Origin: Malacoraja senta
Taxonomy: Eukaryota
Assembly (NCBI GenBank): GCA_038087875.1
Contig: CM075994.1
Location: 9,114,001 to 9,178,000, forward strand
DNA length: 64,000 nt
Direction: 5' to 3'
Shown here: positions 36,324-50,600 of the stretch, piece by piece
How the letters are laid out: the number at the start of each line of letters is the position of its first letter
Numbering within the stretch: the stretch's first letter is position 1
Program-made: the position numbers and the translations under genes
The notes under the pieces: model-generated
Told to the model about the DNA's origin: nothing
Database searches by the model: none
The model's input: the letters and a program-made list of their open reading frames with translations, nothing else

Positions 36324-37708
36324 GAATATAGAGAAGGACAGTAAAAGCTTTTTACATATGTTAAGGGAAAAAGAATAGCAAAGTCAAATGTGAGTCACTT
36401 GAAGGAAGACTCGGGTGAAATTATTATGGGTAACAAGGAAATGGCAGAAGAGTTGTCTTCGGATCTGCCTTCACTAAGGAAGACATAAACAATCTGCCAG
36501 ATGTACTGGAGGACAGAGGATCTAAGGGGGTAGAGGAACTGAAATAAATTTTCATTAGGCGAGAAATGGAATTTGGTAGGCTAAAGGGACTGAAGGATGA
36601 TAAATCCCCTGCGCCTGATGGTCTGCATCCCAGGATCCTCAGGGAGGTGGCTGTAGAAATAGTGGACGCATTGGCGATCATTTTCCAATGTTCAAAAGAT
36701 TCAGGATCAGTGCCTGTGGATTGGAGAATAGCTAATGTTATCCCACTTTTCAAGAAAGGAGCGAGAGAGAAAACGGGGAATTACAGACCAGTTAGCCTGA
36801 CTTCGGTGGTGGGAAAGATGCTGGAGTCAATTATTAAAGAGGTAATAATGGGGCATTCGGATAGCAGTAAAAGATTTAGTTCAACTCAACATTGATTTAT
36901 GAAACGGAAATCATGCTTGACTAATCTTCTCAATTTGTTGAGGATGTGACAAGCCTTTGATAAAGTCCCGCACGGGAGACTGGTGACTAAAATTGGAGCG
37001 CATGGTATTGGGGGTGGGGTGTTGATATGGATAGAAAATTGGTTGGCAGACAGGAAGCAAAGAGTAGGAGTGAACGGGTCCTTTTCAGAATGGCAGGCAG
37101 TGGCGAGTGGAGTGCCGCAAGGCTCGGTGTTGGGGCCGCAACTGTTTACCATATATATTAATGATTTGGAAGAGGGCATTAGGAGCAACACTAGCAAGTT
37201 TGCGGATCACACAAAGCTGGGTGGCAGTGTGAACTGTGAAGAGGATGTTAGGAAGTTGGAGGGTGACCTGGAGAGGTTGCGTGAGTGGGCAGATGCGTGG
37301 CAGATGCAGTATACTATAGATAAATGTGAGGTTATCCACTTTGGCGGTAAAAACAAGGGGGCAGATTATTATTTCAATGGGGTTAGGTTAGGTAAGGGGG
37401 AGGTACAGAGAGACCTGGGTGTCCTTGTACACCAGTCACTGAAAGTTGGCGTGCAGGTACAACAGGCAGTGAAGAAAGCTAATGGAATGTTGGCCTTCAT
37501 AACAAGAGGTTTTCAGTATAGGAGTAAAGAGGTTCTTCTGCAGTTGTATAGGGCTCTGGTAAGACCACATCTGGAGTATTGTGTTCAGTTTTGGTCTCCG
37601 AATTTGAGGAAGGACATCCGTGTGATTGAGGCAGTGCAGCGTAGGTTCACGAGATTGATCCCTGGGATGGCGGGAATGTCATATTAAAAAAGGCAGGCAC
37701 GGGTTATT

Positions 37709-40700
37709 CAAGTCGAGTCAAGTCACAGGTATTTATATAGCACACTTAAAAAACATCACTCGTTTGCTAAAGTGCTTTACATTTGTTATAAGAATAGCAC
37801 AACAAAACAAACTACATACATATATACATGTAGCCCTCACTCAGAGGACATCAGGAAAGGCTTGGGAGTATAGATAAGTCTTTAGTCTTGACTTAAAAGA
37901 GTCGATGGAGGGGGCGGTTCTGATGGGAAAGGGGATGCTGTTCCACAGTCTAGGGGCTGCAACCGCAAAGGCGCGGTCGCCCCTGAACTTATGCCTGGAC
38001 CGTGGGATATTCAGCAACCCCAAGTCGGCCGATCTGAGGGGCCTGAAGGTGGAGTGGTGGGTGAGAAGATTTTTATGTAGGTGGGGGCAAGCCCATTGAG
38101 GGCTTTGTAGACATGGAGGAGGATCTTGAAGTTTATACGGAACCGCACAGGGAGACAGTGGAGAGAGGCCAGGATCGGGGTGATGTGGTCCCTTTTTCGA
38201 GTGTCCGTCAGGAGTCTCGCTGCGGCGTTTTCGACCAGTTGCAGGCGGGACTGGGAAGATTGGCTGATGCCAGTGTAAAGGGAGTTGCAGTAATCTAGGC
38301 GGGAGGAGATGAATGAATGGATGATCTTTTCCAGGTCATCAAACTGGAGGAATTGTTTTATTTTAGCTATCGTCCGAAGCTGAAAGAAGCTAGCTTTTAC
38401 CACGGCATTGACTTGTTTGTCAAATTTCAGTGCTGAGTCAAATATCACGCCAAGGATTTTGACGTGAGGTTTGAGTAGTGGTGTAAGGCTTCCAAGGCTG
38501 CCTGCTGTCAGTTTGATTGAGTCCGAGGAGCCGAGAAGGATGACCTCAGACTTACTCTCGTTTAGTTGGAGGACGTTCTGGGCCATCCAACCCTTTATAT
38601 CCTCGAGGCAGTGGGTAAGGTTAAACAGATTTGATTGTTTTTTGGGCTTCAGGGGGAGATAGAGTTGTGTATCGTCTGCGTAGCAATGGAAGGAAATGCC
38701 GTGCCTTTCAATGACTTGGCTAAGGAGAGCATATACAGGGAGAAGAGAATGGGGCCAAGGATGGAACCTTGTGGAATCCCACAGCAGAGATTAGCTAGGG
38801 AGGAGAATGAGTTGCCTATGTTAGTCGAGAAACTCCTACCTTTGCGGGAGGAGATGAACCAGCTCAGGGCAGTGCCATCAATACCAACCCCATACCGGAG
38901 ACGGTCAATTAGGATGGTGTGTGTGGTCGACAGTATTAAATGCTGCGCTGAGGTCAAGAAGGAGCAGAATTGTACAGTCACCGGAGTCAACGGTGAGCAG
39001 TAGGTCATTGTGTACCTTCAACAAGGCAGACTCTGTGCTATGGTGAGCCCTGAAACCTGATTTGAAAGTTTCCAAGATAGTGTTTTGGTGAAGGTAAGGT
39101 ATAAGTTGACTTAAAATTACCTTTTCAAGGGCTTTTGAGAGGAAAGGCAGTTTAGAAATAGGTCTGTAGTTGCTTGGCGAGGTGGGGTCGAGGTTAGGTT
39201 TTTTCGGGAGTGGTTGGACCACCGCATGCTTGAAGCAGGTCGGTACAGTGCCAGTGGCCAGAGAGCTGTTGAAGATGGCGAGGATGCTGGGACCAGCTGT
39301 TGTAATGACGTCCTTTAGGAGGGCAGAGGGGACAGTGTCGAGGGGGCAGGTAGTAGGTTTCATGGTGGTGATCAGTTTTACAAGGGAGGGTAGAGTAACG
39401 GGTTGGAAACAGTCTAATTTTGAAGAGCAGACCAACGAGACAGCTGGGTCACGGGTGGGAGGGGAAATATTCGTTCTTATGTTCTTTACCTTGCTGGTGA
39501 AAAATGTGGTAAATTCCTCGCACTTAACAGGGGACCCAGTTAGGCTGGTGCTGGTGGCAGGACAAATGATGGAGGTGATGGTGCTAAAGAAGACCTTGGA
39601 ATTTTGCGCGTTTTTGGAGATAAGGGTGGAAAAATATTTGGTTCTTGCAGATTTCACGGCTTCCTGGTAATTGACAAGATTATTTTTCAGGAGTTCAAAG
39701 GAAATTTGAAGCTTATCAGATTTGTACTTCAGTTCTGATTTTCTGCATTCTCTTCTTAGGGCTCTGGTGGTATCATTGAGCCTTTAGTCTTGGGCTTTTT
39801 CATTTTGAGGGGAGCAACAGAATCCAGGACGGAAGAGCAGGTATTATTCAATAAAGAAATTAGGTCGTCGGTACTGAGATGGGGGGTGGACGCCTCAATA
39901 GTGCAGATGTCGAGGGCGGCTATGAGAGCCTCAGAGAACTTACTGGCCGTCGTGGAGTTAACGTAGCGGGAGTACCGAGCAGGGAGATGGGATTTTGAGG
40001 GAGAGAAAGGCAGAGATATATAAAATATAATAGCACTATGGTCAGACAGGCAGGCATCAATAATATCTGTGTTACGAGTTGGGAGACCAGACGAAAGCAC
40101 TAGGTCTAGTGTATGGCCAAGCTTGTGCGTGGGTCCAGTGGTGAGTAGAGACAGATTGAAGGATGCAACCAGGTTCATAAATTCACTCACAAGAGGCTTC
40201 GTGGGACAGCAAACGTGAATGTTAAAGTCACCAAGAATCAGGACCTGGTCAAACTTGGGCAACAAGCTAGCAATAAGATCACCAAATTGTGAGATAAAGT
40301 CCTTATGCATCTTTGGTGGGCGATACACAAGAACAATTAAAAGCGGACAGATTAGACCAACTATGATTAGTTGATGTTCAAAACTGGAAACCTGATCAGT
40401 GTTCAGAAGGCGGCAGTTGAAATTCTTCTTCAACACAGTGGCTAGGCCCCCACCGCGACCTGAGAGCCTGGGCGAGCTGAAAAAGTTACAGGTATCAGGG
40501 CAGAGTTCCACGAGTGGAGCAAGCTCACCAGGATTAAGCCAGGTTTCAGTGATCAGTAGGAAGTCCAGTCCACGTGCGGTGAAGAAGTCATTGAGGACGT
40601 AGGTTTTATTCAGCACTGATCTCGCATTGATCAGGGCCACTTTTGCAGGGACTGTAGGTGAGTTTAGGGCCGGTAGCGGCTCCCACGCCAGCGGGCGGAG

Positions 40701-41034
40701 GTTCAGGGAGACCACGCCGCTGCGCTTCACACAGGGCCTGGCTGGGAGCCCGTGTGCCGACAGACCTGTGACCGGGAGGATAGACCGGAGAAAGGCATAC
40801 CTGGGCTCGAGGGACCGCCGGTGGATGGAGCGGTGGGGCCGACCAGGTCCGTCCTCACAGCTCTGGGCGAGGTAAGCAGATGTTAAACGGGCGCGGGCGA
40901 GGTTCTTCAGCCTTACCAGGGCGTCCGCCCATTTACTCCGCCTCCAGGCTCGGCGCGTGCGGCGGCCGCCACAAGGTCGAGCCCATATATCTATCGGGAG
41001 CCGAGCGAGGAGCGAACGGTAAGTGAAATCTTAC
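37709..41034 (-). mobile_element. L2-clade LINE, close to full length, frameshifted
   Basis: EN (LINARS, ITETWL, ILGDFN, LSDH) at 39756-40730; RT ([29 protein letters not shown]); (GACTT)n tail; absent in unit 1 near 3340. Confidence 0.9.
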
Positions 41035-42434
41035 TGATTGATTGGGGACGATCAGCCATGATCACAGTGAATGGCGGTGCTGGCTCGAAGGGCCGAATGG
41101 CCTCCTCCTGCACGTATTTTCTATGTTTCTATGTTTCTATGTTTCGGAGAACAGCGCGGAAACAGGCCATTCGGCCCATCGAAATCGCACCGAGCAGCGA
41201 CCGCCACACATTAACACTACACTACACACACATACATATATACTGAGCCAATTAACCTACAAACCTGTATGTCTTTGGAGTGTGGGATGAAATCGAAGAT
41301 CTCGGAGCTATCCCACGCACGTCACGGGGAGAACGTACAAACTCCGTACAGACAGTACCCGTAGTCGGCATCGAACCTGCCTTTCTGCCGCTGAAAGTGC
41401 TGTAAGGCAGCAAATCTACTGCTGCGCCACCGTGCCGCCCCAAATGATACTTTATTCTCACATGTACCATGTTGCAGTGAAATGCTTTGATCTACATACA
41501 ATCCGGTAATAACCATGTTTTCCAGAGTTGCTGCTGCTCCTTTGGGATGTTGTGATCTTTTACTTGTATATATTCCTTGGGTTTAAATTCAAACAATATT
41601 TCAGATTGTTTGTTAACACATTGCGGAGATTGGAAATGTTTTATCTGAGATCGGGTTGCAGTGAACGCCAAGGAGCGGAGCTATAGGATTCTACAAGACC
41701 AATATCTGAGGAAGGGTGTGCTGGCTCTTGAGAAGGTCCAGAGGAGGTTTACAAGAATGATCCCAGGAATGAATGGGTTAACATATGAAGAGCGTTTGAC
41801 GGCACTGGGCCTGTACCAGCAGGAGTTTAGAAGGATGAGAGGGTACCTCATTAAAACTTACTGAATAGTCTAAGGCCTGGATAGAGTGGATGTGGAGAGG
41901 ATAATTCCATTAGCGAGAGAGTCTAGGACTCGAGGTCACAGGCTCAGAATTAAAGGACTTCTTTTTGAAAGGAGATGGGGAGGAATTTATTTAGGCAGTG
42001 GGCGGTGAATCTGTGGAATTTTTTGCCACAGAAGGTTGTGGAGGCCAAGTCAGTAGATATATGTAAGGAAAAGTTATATAGATTATTGATTAATGCAAGT
42101 GTTAGGGGAATGGGAAGAGGGCAGGAGAATGGGGTTAGGAGGGAGAGATAGATCAGCCATGAATGAATGGCGGAGTAGACTTGATGGACCAAATGGCCTA
42201 TTTCTGCTCCTCTCACGTATGACCTTATTATCACCTTATGAGACACATACATGTATATACCGGTAGAATGGACATCCATGTAACAGAAGAGACTTATTAA
42301 AGTTTCGGATACAGCAGGACTTTTACTAACTTTCCAGCGCACATCATTCAGCGTTAAATTGTTGTCATTATTTGAAGAACATGAACAAGATCCTATTAAC
42401 AAAGTGTTCATTATTGGTCAATTATTACAACCTT

Positions 42435-44331
42435 ATCCAAACCTATTAAATTTAATAACTCAATTTGGTTAGTTTTCGGGATATAGAATTAATTGGAATA
42501 AAAGCGAAATCATGCCAATAACGGAACTCAATTTACATACACTACAACAATTTATTTTTAAAATAGTTAAGGAAAAATTTAAATATTTAGGAATTTATAT
42601 AACTAAGTCATATACTCTTTAATTTAAATTAAACTAACCACCTTTACTGAATAAACTACATAAGAATAGTCAGTATTGGAAAACACTTCCCATTTCAATG
42701 TTTGGTAGAATTAATGCTATAAAAATATATTTCAATCAATTCCGACATATATCCCAAAAGTTTTTTTTTTAAGGCGATTCTATTGTTACAAGTTTCATCT
42801 GGGATTATAAGAATCATAGAATAAGCAAAAAACATTTATGTAAATCAAAGATAAATGGAGGTTCAGCTTTGCCAATTTTTTTGTTTTTGAGCAGTCCATA
42901 TTAAAATCATGAATTTCTGGCTGGAAGAAATGGATGAGCTATCAGATTGGCTAAGGATGGAAAAGGAAGACTGTTTACCTTTTGAAATTGGTGCGATTAT
43001 GTTTGCTCCCACAAAATTGCACAAAAAAACCTATAGGGAAAACCCTATAATACACAGTGGTATACGAATCTGGAAACAATTAAAAAAGGCTTTAAAATTG
43101 GATAATATATCACTTTATTTTCCCATTGTAAATATCCTTTATTTAAACTTTCCATATTGGATAAAGGTTTCACACAATGGATAAATTATGGAATTAAAAA
43201 GATGGGACATCTTTATAGGAAAGGCACTTTTCTTTCATTTCAGAAGTTACAACAGATCTCCGGACTACACTCAAATATTTTTTTTAGATATCTACAACTT
43301 AGAGATTATGTTAAATCTAATACACAAAATTAGAGGACGAGGGAATCAGAAATCCTTGACGAATGTTTGAATAAACATCCTAATACAGAACAATTAATAA
43401 CTTATGTTTATAACACCCTCTTAGATAATGAGGTCCCATCGATGGAATCATATAGACACACATGGGGAAATGAATTAGGATAACCCATAACGAAAGATAT
43501 TTGGGACGAAAGTCTACAATATATACATCAATGCTCGTTAAATGCCAGACATGCTTTAATACAATTTAAAGTATTACACAGATCACATTATTCTAAAGCA
43601 AAACTACATAGAATGTTCCCACATATCTCTGCTATTTGTGATAAATGTCAGCATCTAGAAGCTAAATTAACACATACATTTGCAAATTGTATACAAATTA
43701 AAAATTTCTGGATTGATATTTTTAGAATAATTTCTGGTTGTCAATACTAAATTGGATCCCGACTCAAAACTAATAATACTTGGAATATCAGAACAAAGTC
43801 TAACACTCACAACAAGCCAAAGAAACTTCCTAGACTACAGTATAATAACTGGGAAAAAATTAATATTAAAATTTTGGAAAGGTCCTATAATCCCCACAAT
43901 TAAAATGTGGATTATGGAAATGTCGGAGACCCTACACCTGGTAAGAATCAGACTTGTCTTAATGGACAAACAAGAACTTTTTGTTTGAATATGGTCTCCA
44001 TTCTTTGATTATTTGAAGGGGTAGATCGGTTCGGCACGGGAACCTAACTGAAGCTTAAACTTAGGATTAGATGAAAAGTTATACTTTATAACCTACGAAC
44101 CTATCTCCAATGATGTATTATTAGTAAATTATTCCACTCTTTTTTTTATCTTGACATTTGTGGGTTTTTTTTCTTTTTTCTCTTCTCTCTTTCTTTCTAA
44201 CTTTCTATCTATAAAAAAAAACTAGAAGCAGAATCAATCCACAATTGATAATATTAATAATGTATGATTGATATACATGAAATGTTTTTACCATAATATC
44301 TTTGCTTCTAATAAAAATATTATTAAAAATA
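42435..44331 (+). mobile_element. L1-clade LINE, paralogue of 23069-24993 at the same insertion site
   Basis: Same 5' truncation point; TSD at 42420-42434 and a degenerate copy at 44332-44346. Confidence 0.9.
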
Positions 44332-46228
44332 AATTATTGCAACATTTGATAATCACTGTCACACCATTGTGGCGCCATCTTGTGGCCGAGACACATTGGT
44401 CTCGAAGCTTCGTTTGTCGAGCTCGAACTCTCGCTTGAACTGACGACACTCTGGTGAAGGGGTGCAGCAGACGACAGAGCTAGACTTCACGTGGCAGCCA
44501 TCACTTTGGTACTAATATTAAGAATAAGGGGCAAGCCATTTAGAACGGAGATGAGGAAACACCTTTTTCACACAGAGAGTTGTGATTCTGTGGAATTCTC
44601 TGCCTCAGAGGGCGATGGAGGCCGGTTCTCTGGAAACTTTCAAGAGAGAGCTAGATAGGGCTCTTAAAGATAGCGGAGTCAGGGGATATGCGGGGAAGGC
44701 AGGAACGGGATACTGATTGGGGATGATCAGCCATGATCACATTGAATGGCGGTGCTGGCCTGAAGAGCCGAATGGCCTACTCCTGCACCTATTGTCTATT
44801 GTCTATTTTATATAGTGACGTTTCGGGTGAAGACCCTTCTTCAGAGTGTATCATCGCTTGGTCTACGCTTGAAATGTAACCACTCTGACTTGAATCTGTT
44901 GTTGCCAGGAATGAACAATGTGGAGTTTTAATGAGTGTAAGAATTCACAAATTACATTATCTCTAATGGGTGTTGATCCACAACAGTATCAGCACAGCTG
45001 ACGGAGCTAATATAGATTCAGTAATGGGTTTGCTTTTCTTGGTTTGATCTGCTGGATGAGTTGAGTCAAATATGTAGGGAGTTCAACGCTTATGGTCTGA
45101 GAAAATAAAATAGATACATTAGTATACCACAAGCACAGGCACAAAAAACATTATTAGCATTGAACACAATTGACTGCTATTATTGTTATTAAAGTTCCTG
45201 TGAAGTATGTGTCCACATAACTCCTAGTCATAGAGACATAGAGCGATACAGCGTGGAAACAGGCTCTCAGGGCCCACTTTCCCCACACCGGCCAACATGT
45301 CCCAGCCGCACTAAACCCACCTGCCTATGTTTGGCCTATGTCACTCCAAACATATCCTATCCATGTACCATCCAAGTCCTGTATGAGTTCCTTATTTCTG
45401 GCCAGGTTCGGTTTTCCCTGCCATGTTGCCTTTGTTTTGTTGCAGCAAGTCTACGTTGCAAGATTCAAGAGGGTTTGCACTTGTTACAAATTTATTGTTG
45501 GATTTGTTTATTATATTTTCTCTAAGTTTGTTGTACCGACAACCGGACAATGGAATTCTTACTGGCAGCAACGTAACATGCCTGTACATACAACAAACTT
45601 GGATAAAATATAATAAACAAAACCAACAATAAATTTGTATCTAGTGCAAACATGAAAATACAAGATCCTTGGTGCAATCCAAGTCCATAGATGTTCATAG
45701 GTGAGCCTGGTCTTCTGTGATGTTCAAGTGCCTGATCGTTGCAGGGAAGAAGCTGTTCTTGAACCTTGTGGTCACTGTTTTCAGACTCAGATATCTTCTT
45801 CTTGAGAGTAGGACTGAAATGAGAGTGTGGCCAAGGTAGTGTGGGATTTCAATAGAACTGAATGTATTTCATATTAGTTTAGTTAATTTAAGTTAATTTA
45901 AGTTTAGTTTAGTTTAGTATAGTTTAGCTTAGTTTAGATTTGTTTAATTTTGTTTGGTTTGCTTTGGTTACGTTTAGTTAAGTTTAGTTAATTTGTTTTG
46001 TTTAGTTTTGTTTCATCTAGTTTAGTTTAATTTCGTTTGGATTGCTTTGGATTGGTTTCGATAAATTTAGCTAAATTTAGTTAAGTTTGTTTTAGTTTAG
46101 TTAAGTTAAGTTTAGTTTAGTTTAGTTTAGTTTAGAATATTTATGTTTAGTTTAGTTTATTTATTTTAGTTTAGTTTATGTTAGTTTAATTTTGTCTGGT
46201 TTTGTTTGGATGGTTAAGTTTAGTTAAG

Positions 46229-47400
46229 AATAGGAAGTAAAAGGATCGGTGATATGTATGAAATGGGAAACTTGTTATCATTCCAACAATTACAATTAAA
46301 ATTCAAACTGAAAAATAACCAATATTTTAAATATCTTCAGATTTGCGACTTCATGAAGAAATACATACAAAGATATCAAAACATAACTTTTGATCCACTG
46401 GAAGAAGCAATGAATATTAAGGCTCTCACAGAAATTAATATCATATTTATATAACAGTATATTAAATATAGACCTGCCATCGACAGAGGCACTTAGAGAA
46501 GAGTGGGAACGAGAATTAATGAAAAAAATTACGAAGGAAACATGGGAAAAGTATTTGATATATATACACAAATGTTCGATTAATGTAAGACATAATTTAA
46601 TTCAATTTAAAATTTTACGTAGATTATATTATTCAAAAAATAGATTGAATAAATTCTATCCAAATACGTCCCCCATTTGTGATAAATGCTTATCCCAAAA
46701 CGTAACTATAACACATTCTTTTGTTTCCTGCATAAAACTTTATGAATTTTGATGTGATATTTTTGAAATATTTACCAAATTATTCAAGATAAAAACGGAA
46801 CCTAAAACTGAAATGATTATATTTGGAGTAATGGAAGACGGGAATAAATTGAACTCATCTCAAAATTTATTTTTTAAATTATGGTTTAATAATGGCAAAA
46901 AAACTAATACTAACATTTTGGAAAAATACACCCATACCAACGCTTAAATTGTGGATTTCAAACATGTTGGACACCGCACATATTGAGGAAATGCGATTCC
47001 TCCTAATAGATAAATCAGACCAATTCTTAACGAGTTGGTCTCCATTTGTCGTCTTTTTGGAAGCATATGGTGCAACAGTATCGTAGAAGCAAACTGTTCC
47101 AGGACTGGGTGAGGGATGGTCAAGATTATAAATAACGATCTCCTTAATCTTTTACTTTCTACTCTTTTTCTTTCTAGCTTCTTTTCTGCACTTTTCTTCT
47201 TTCACCCTTTTTTCTTTCTCACACACTATATATCACACGTTTTCTATCTTTTATTATTCATTCTCTCTTTTTATTTTTCATTATAAAAAAAAAAATAAGA
47301 AGCTCTATATAAAATGTAATAAATCAATATATATTAGGCACTTTGGTGCCATATGATTGTACTTACTTTAATAAAATTAAAAAAAAAAAAATTACAAAAA
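46229..47400 (+). mobile_element. Second L1-clade 3' fragment inserted in the (TTTAG)n tract
   Basis: HNLIQFKILRRLYYSK..CDKC..HSFVSC; AATAAA and poly-A; AAGTTTAGTTAAG on both sides (46216-46228, 47401-47413); absent in unit 1. Confidence 0.85.
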
Positions 47401-47684
47401 AAGTTTAGTTAAGTTTAGTTACGTTTTTTTTAGTTTAGTTAACTTTAGTTTAGTTTCGTTTAGAGTATTTTATTTTATTTTATTTTATTTTATTTTGTTT
47501 TATTTTAGTTTAGTTTAGTTTAGTTTAGTTTAGTTCAGTTTAGTTTAGTTTAGTTTGTAAGGAAATATTTTCACTGTGGTAGCACCTCGCAGGTGACAAT
47601 AAAATGCACCATTGTCCAGTGACCTCAGCTGCTAATACAACCCACACATGTAACTGGCAATCTTCTTACCGTTTGACAAGCCTG

Positions 47685-50600
47685 CTAGGCTTCTTTTCTC
47701 CGGCTGGCAAATCCACAAGACTCCCATGAGCGGATGATGAAGACTATTATAACGTTGATCAGAATGAACGTTGCAAGTTTCACTCCCATTACAAGCAGCT
47801 GCCAACGTAATCCCCATGCAGGGCCTGTAGGAATAAAACACCGTTCACCAATTACCTTCCCAGTTTATTTCGGATTCCTTCCATTCTTATACAACGAAAT
47901 GTTCCCACTATCATTCTAAACGGAGACCAATTCGTACACTTCAGTTGCCTGAAAAGGAACAACAGATGTGGGAACCTTGCATAGAATTCAAAGTGCTGGA
48001 GTAAGTCAACGGGTCAGGCAGCATCTCTGGAGAACATGGATAGGCTTCTTCTTCTTGTTTATGGCGTGCACAGCCTAAAGTTGTAGGACAACTTGTTCTA
48101 TTTGATCTTATTTGATTGTGCACGCCGGGTTGATTGCATTCGTCGAAACAGGGCGGACCACGTGAAGGTTGCAATCTCCCACCCCCATGGATAGGGGACA
48201 TTTCAGGTCGGCACCCTTCTTCAGCATCCCACAATGTGACCTATCCATGTTCTCCAGAGATGCTGCCTTGGCCCGCCTGAGTTATTCCAGCACTTTGCGT
48301 CTTTTTGTTTGTAACCCTGCATCTGTTGTTCCTTTTGTCCACCTTGATTGCTTGAGGGAATAGCCGAAGTAGCTACTGCCTCTGAGGGCCAGTAGCCTGG
48401 CCTCAATGCTGACTGCCGGTGTGGAGTTTGCACATTCTCCATGTTATTGCCTGTGTTTCCCCTGGGCGTTACTGCTTCCTCTCTCATCCCAAAGACGTGC
48501 GTCCCGATAGGTAATTAACAGCTGTTATCTCACCCCTGATATATGGAGGAGTTGGGGTGAGCGTAGCGTGCATGTAAATTAAGAGGGAACTGGATTGCTC
48601 TTCGATGGAAAAAAATGATGGTGTATGGAGCAAGCTGCCAGAGGAGGTCGTTGAGGCTGGGACTATCCCATCGTTTAAGAAGCAGTTGGACAGGTACATG
48701 GATAGGACAGGTTTTGAGGGATATTTTCCAAGCGCACGAAGGTGGGACTAATGTCGCTGGGACATTGTTGGCCGGTGTGGGCAATGGACAATAGACAATA
48801 GATGCAGGAGTAGGCCATGCGGCCCTTCGAGCCAGCAACGCCATTCACTGTGATCATGGCTGACCATCCACAATCAGTGCCACCGTTCCTGCCGTCTCCC
48901 CATATCTCTTGACTCCGCTATCTTAAGAGCTCCATCTAACTCTCTCTTGAAAGCATCCAGCGAATTGGCCTCCACTGCCTTCTGAGGCAGATAATTCCAC
49001 AGATTCACAATCACTGGGTGAAAAAGGGTTTCCTCCTCAGTCCTAAATGGCCTATCCCTTATTCTTAAACTGGGGCCCCTGTTTTCTACATATATAATTA
49101 ATGTATGTGCCTAAATCTGAACTGACAAAGCTCCGTTGTTGAGGGCGTGTGGTGGCCGGTGTTAAGGATGTTTTTAGAACAGTAAAGACAAAGTTAAGAT
49201 AACGCAAACTTACGTGTGACTGTGACTTCTGTGCCGTGACCATTATATATTTCCCCTGTGAAAACAACCACTCGGCAGTAATACTTTCCTGTCTCGTTCA
49301 TTTTGAGGTCAGTGATTTCGATGGATTCTTTTAGAATTCCCGGTGAACTATTGTTCAGAACGCGGCCATAATAGTCGCCGCTCAGTGTTGGAAACGGCAC
49401 GAGTTTCCACGTCTTTGTACCAACTAAATGCCACAATTGTCTTGCCAACAAATGTACAATTAATCCGCACAGTCCCGCCTTCAGTAACGTTGACATTAGA
49501 CGGTAATTGTATAACAGTTCCTGAAACCAGAAATAATATTTTAGTTGCGGCGCTGGCCTTTCGGCCCACCCTGTCAATGCCATCCATTACACCTATCTTG
49601 ACAATCTCATTTACTCGCGACAATCCGGGTTCGATCCAGACCTCGGATGCTGTCTGTCTGTGTGCAGTTTGCACATATTGCCTGCGTTTTTCCTGTGCGG
49701 TCTTGTGTCCTCTCTCATCCCCTCTCATCCCAAAGACGTGCGCCCTGATAGGTAATTAGCAGCTGTAAATTACCCTTGGTATATGGAGGAGTTGGAGTGA
49801 CCGTAGCGTAAATGTGAATTTAGAGGGAACTAGATTGCTCTTCGATGGAAAGAAATGTCTTCCTTGCCTCTTTCTAGAAATGGGGGGATTTCGCCCACAA
49901 TGGACAATAATCGTGTTGGTTTGGGTTAGTTTAGCGATACAGCGCGGATACCGGCCCTTCGGCCCACCGAGACCGCTGCGACCTACGATCCCCGCAACAT
50001 AACGCTATTCTGCGCACACCAGGGTCAATATACATTTTTCACCGAGGCCAATTTCTCTACAAACCAGTACGCCTTTGGAGTGTGGGAGGAAAACGGAGCT
50101 CCCGGTGAAAACCCACGCTGGAGAACGTAAACTCCGTACAGACAGAACCCGTAGTCAGGATCGAGACCCGAGATCCCTGGCGCTGTAAGGCAGCAAGCTC
50201 TACCGCCGCGCCACCGTGTTGCCCCTCTCTTCAGCTTTCCTGAACCCACTGTACTTTCCTTACAGTTCCTCCATCTTCACCACCAGGTTATGGTCTTATG
50301 TTCGTTATTCCGATTTGAGCTGAAAAATTCATGGATGTTGCTGCGTCGAAAGCGACCATGAAATCGGCACGGATTATTTCAAATTACGCACCGATTCTCT
50401 CTTGGTCCTGTATACTGATGCACAGAGTCTCTAGCCCAGAGTAGGGGAATCGAGGATCAGAAGACAGCAGTTCAAGGTGAAGGGGAAAAGATTTAGTAGG
50501 AATCCGAGAGTTTTTTTTCCCACACAGAGAGCGCTCGATGTATGGAGAAAGCGGTCAGAGGAGGTCGATAAGGCTGGGACAATCCCGTCGTTTAAGAAGC

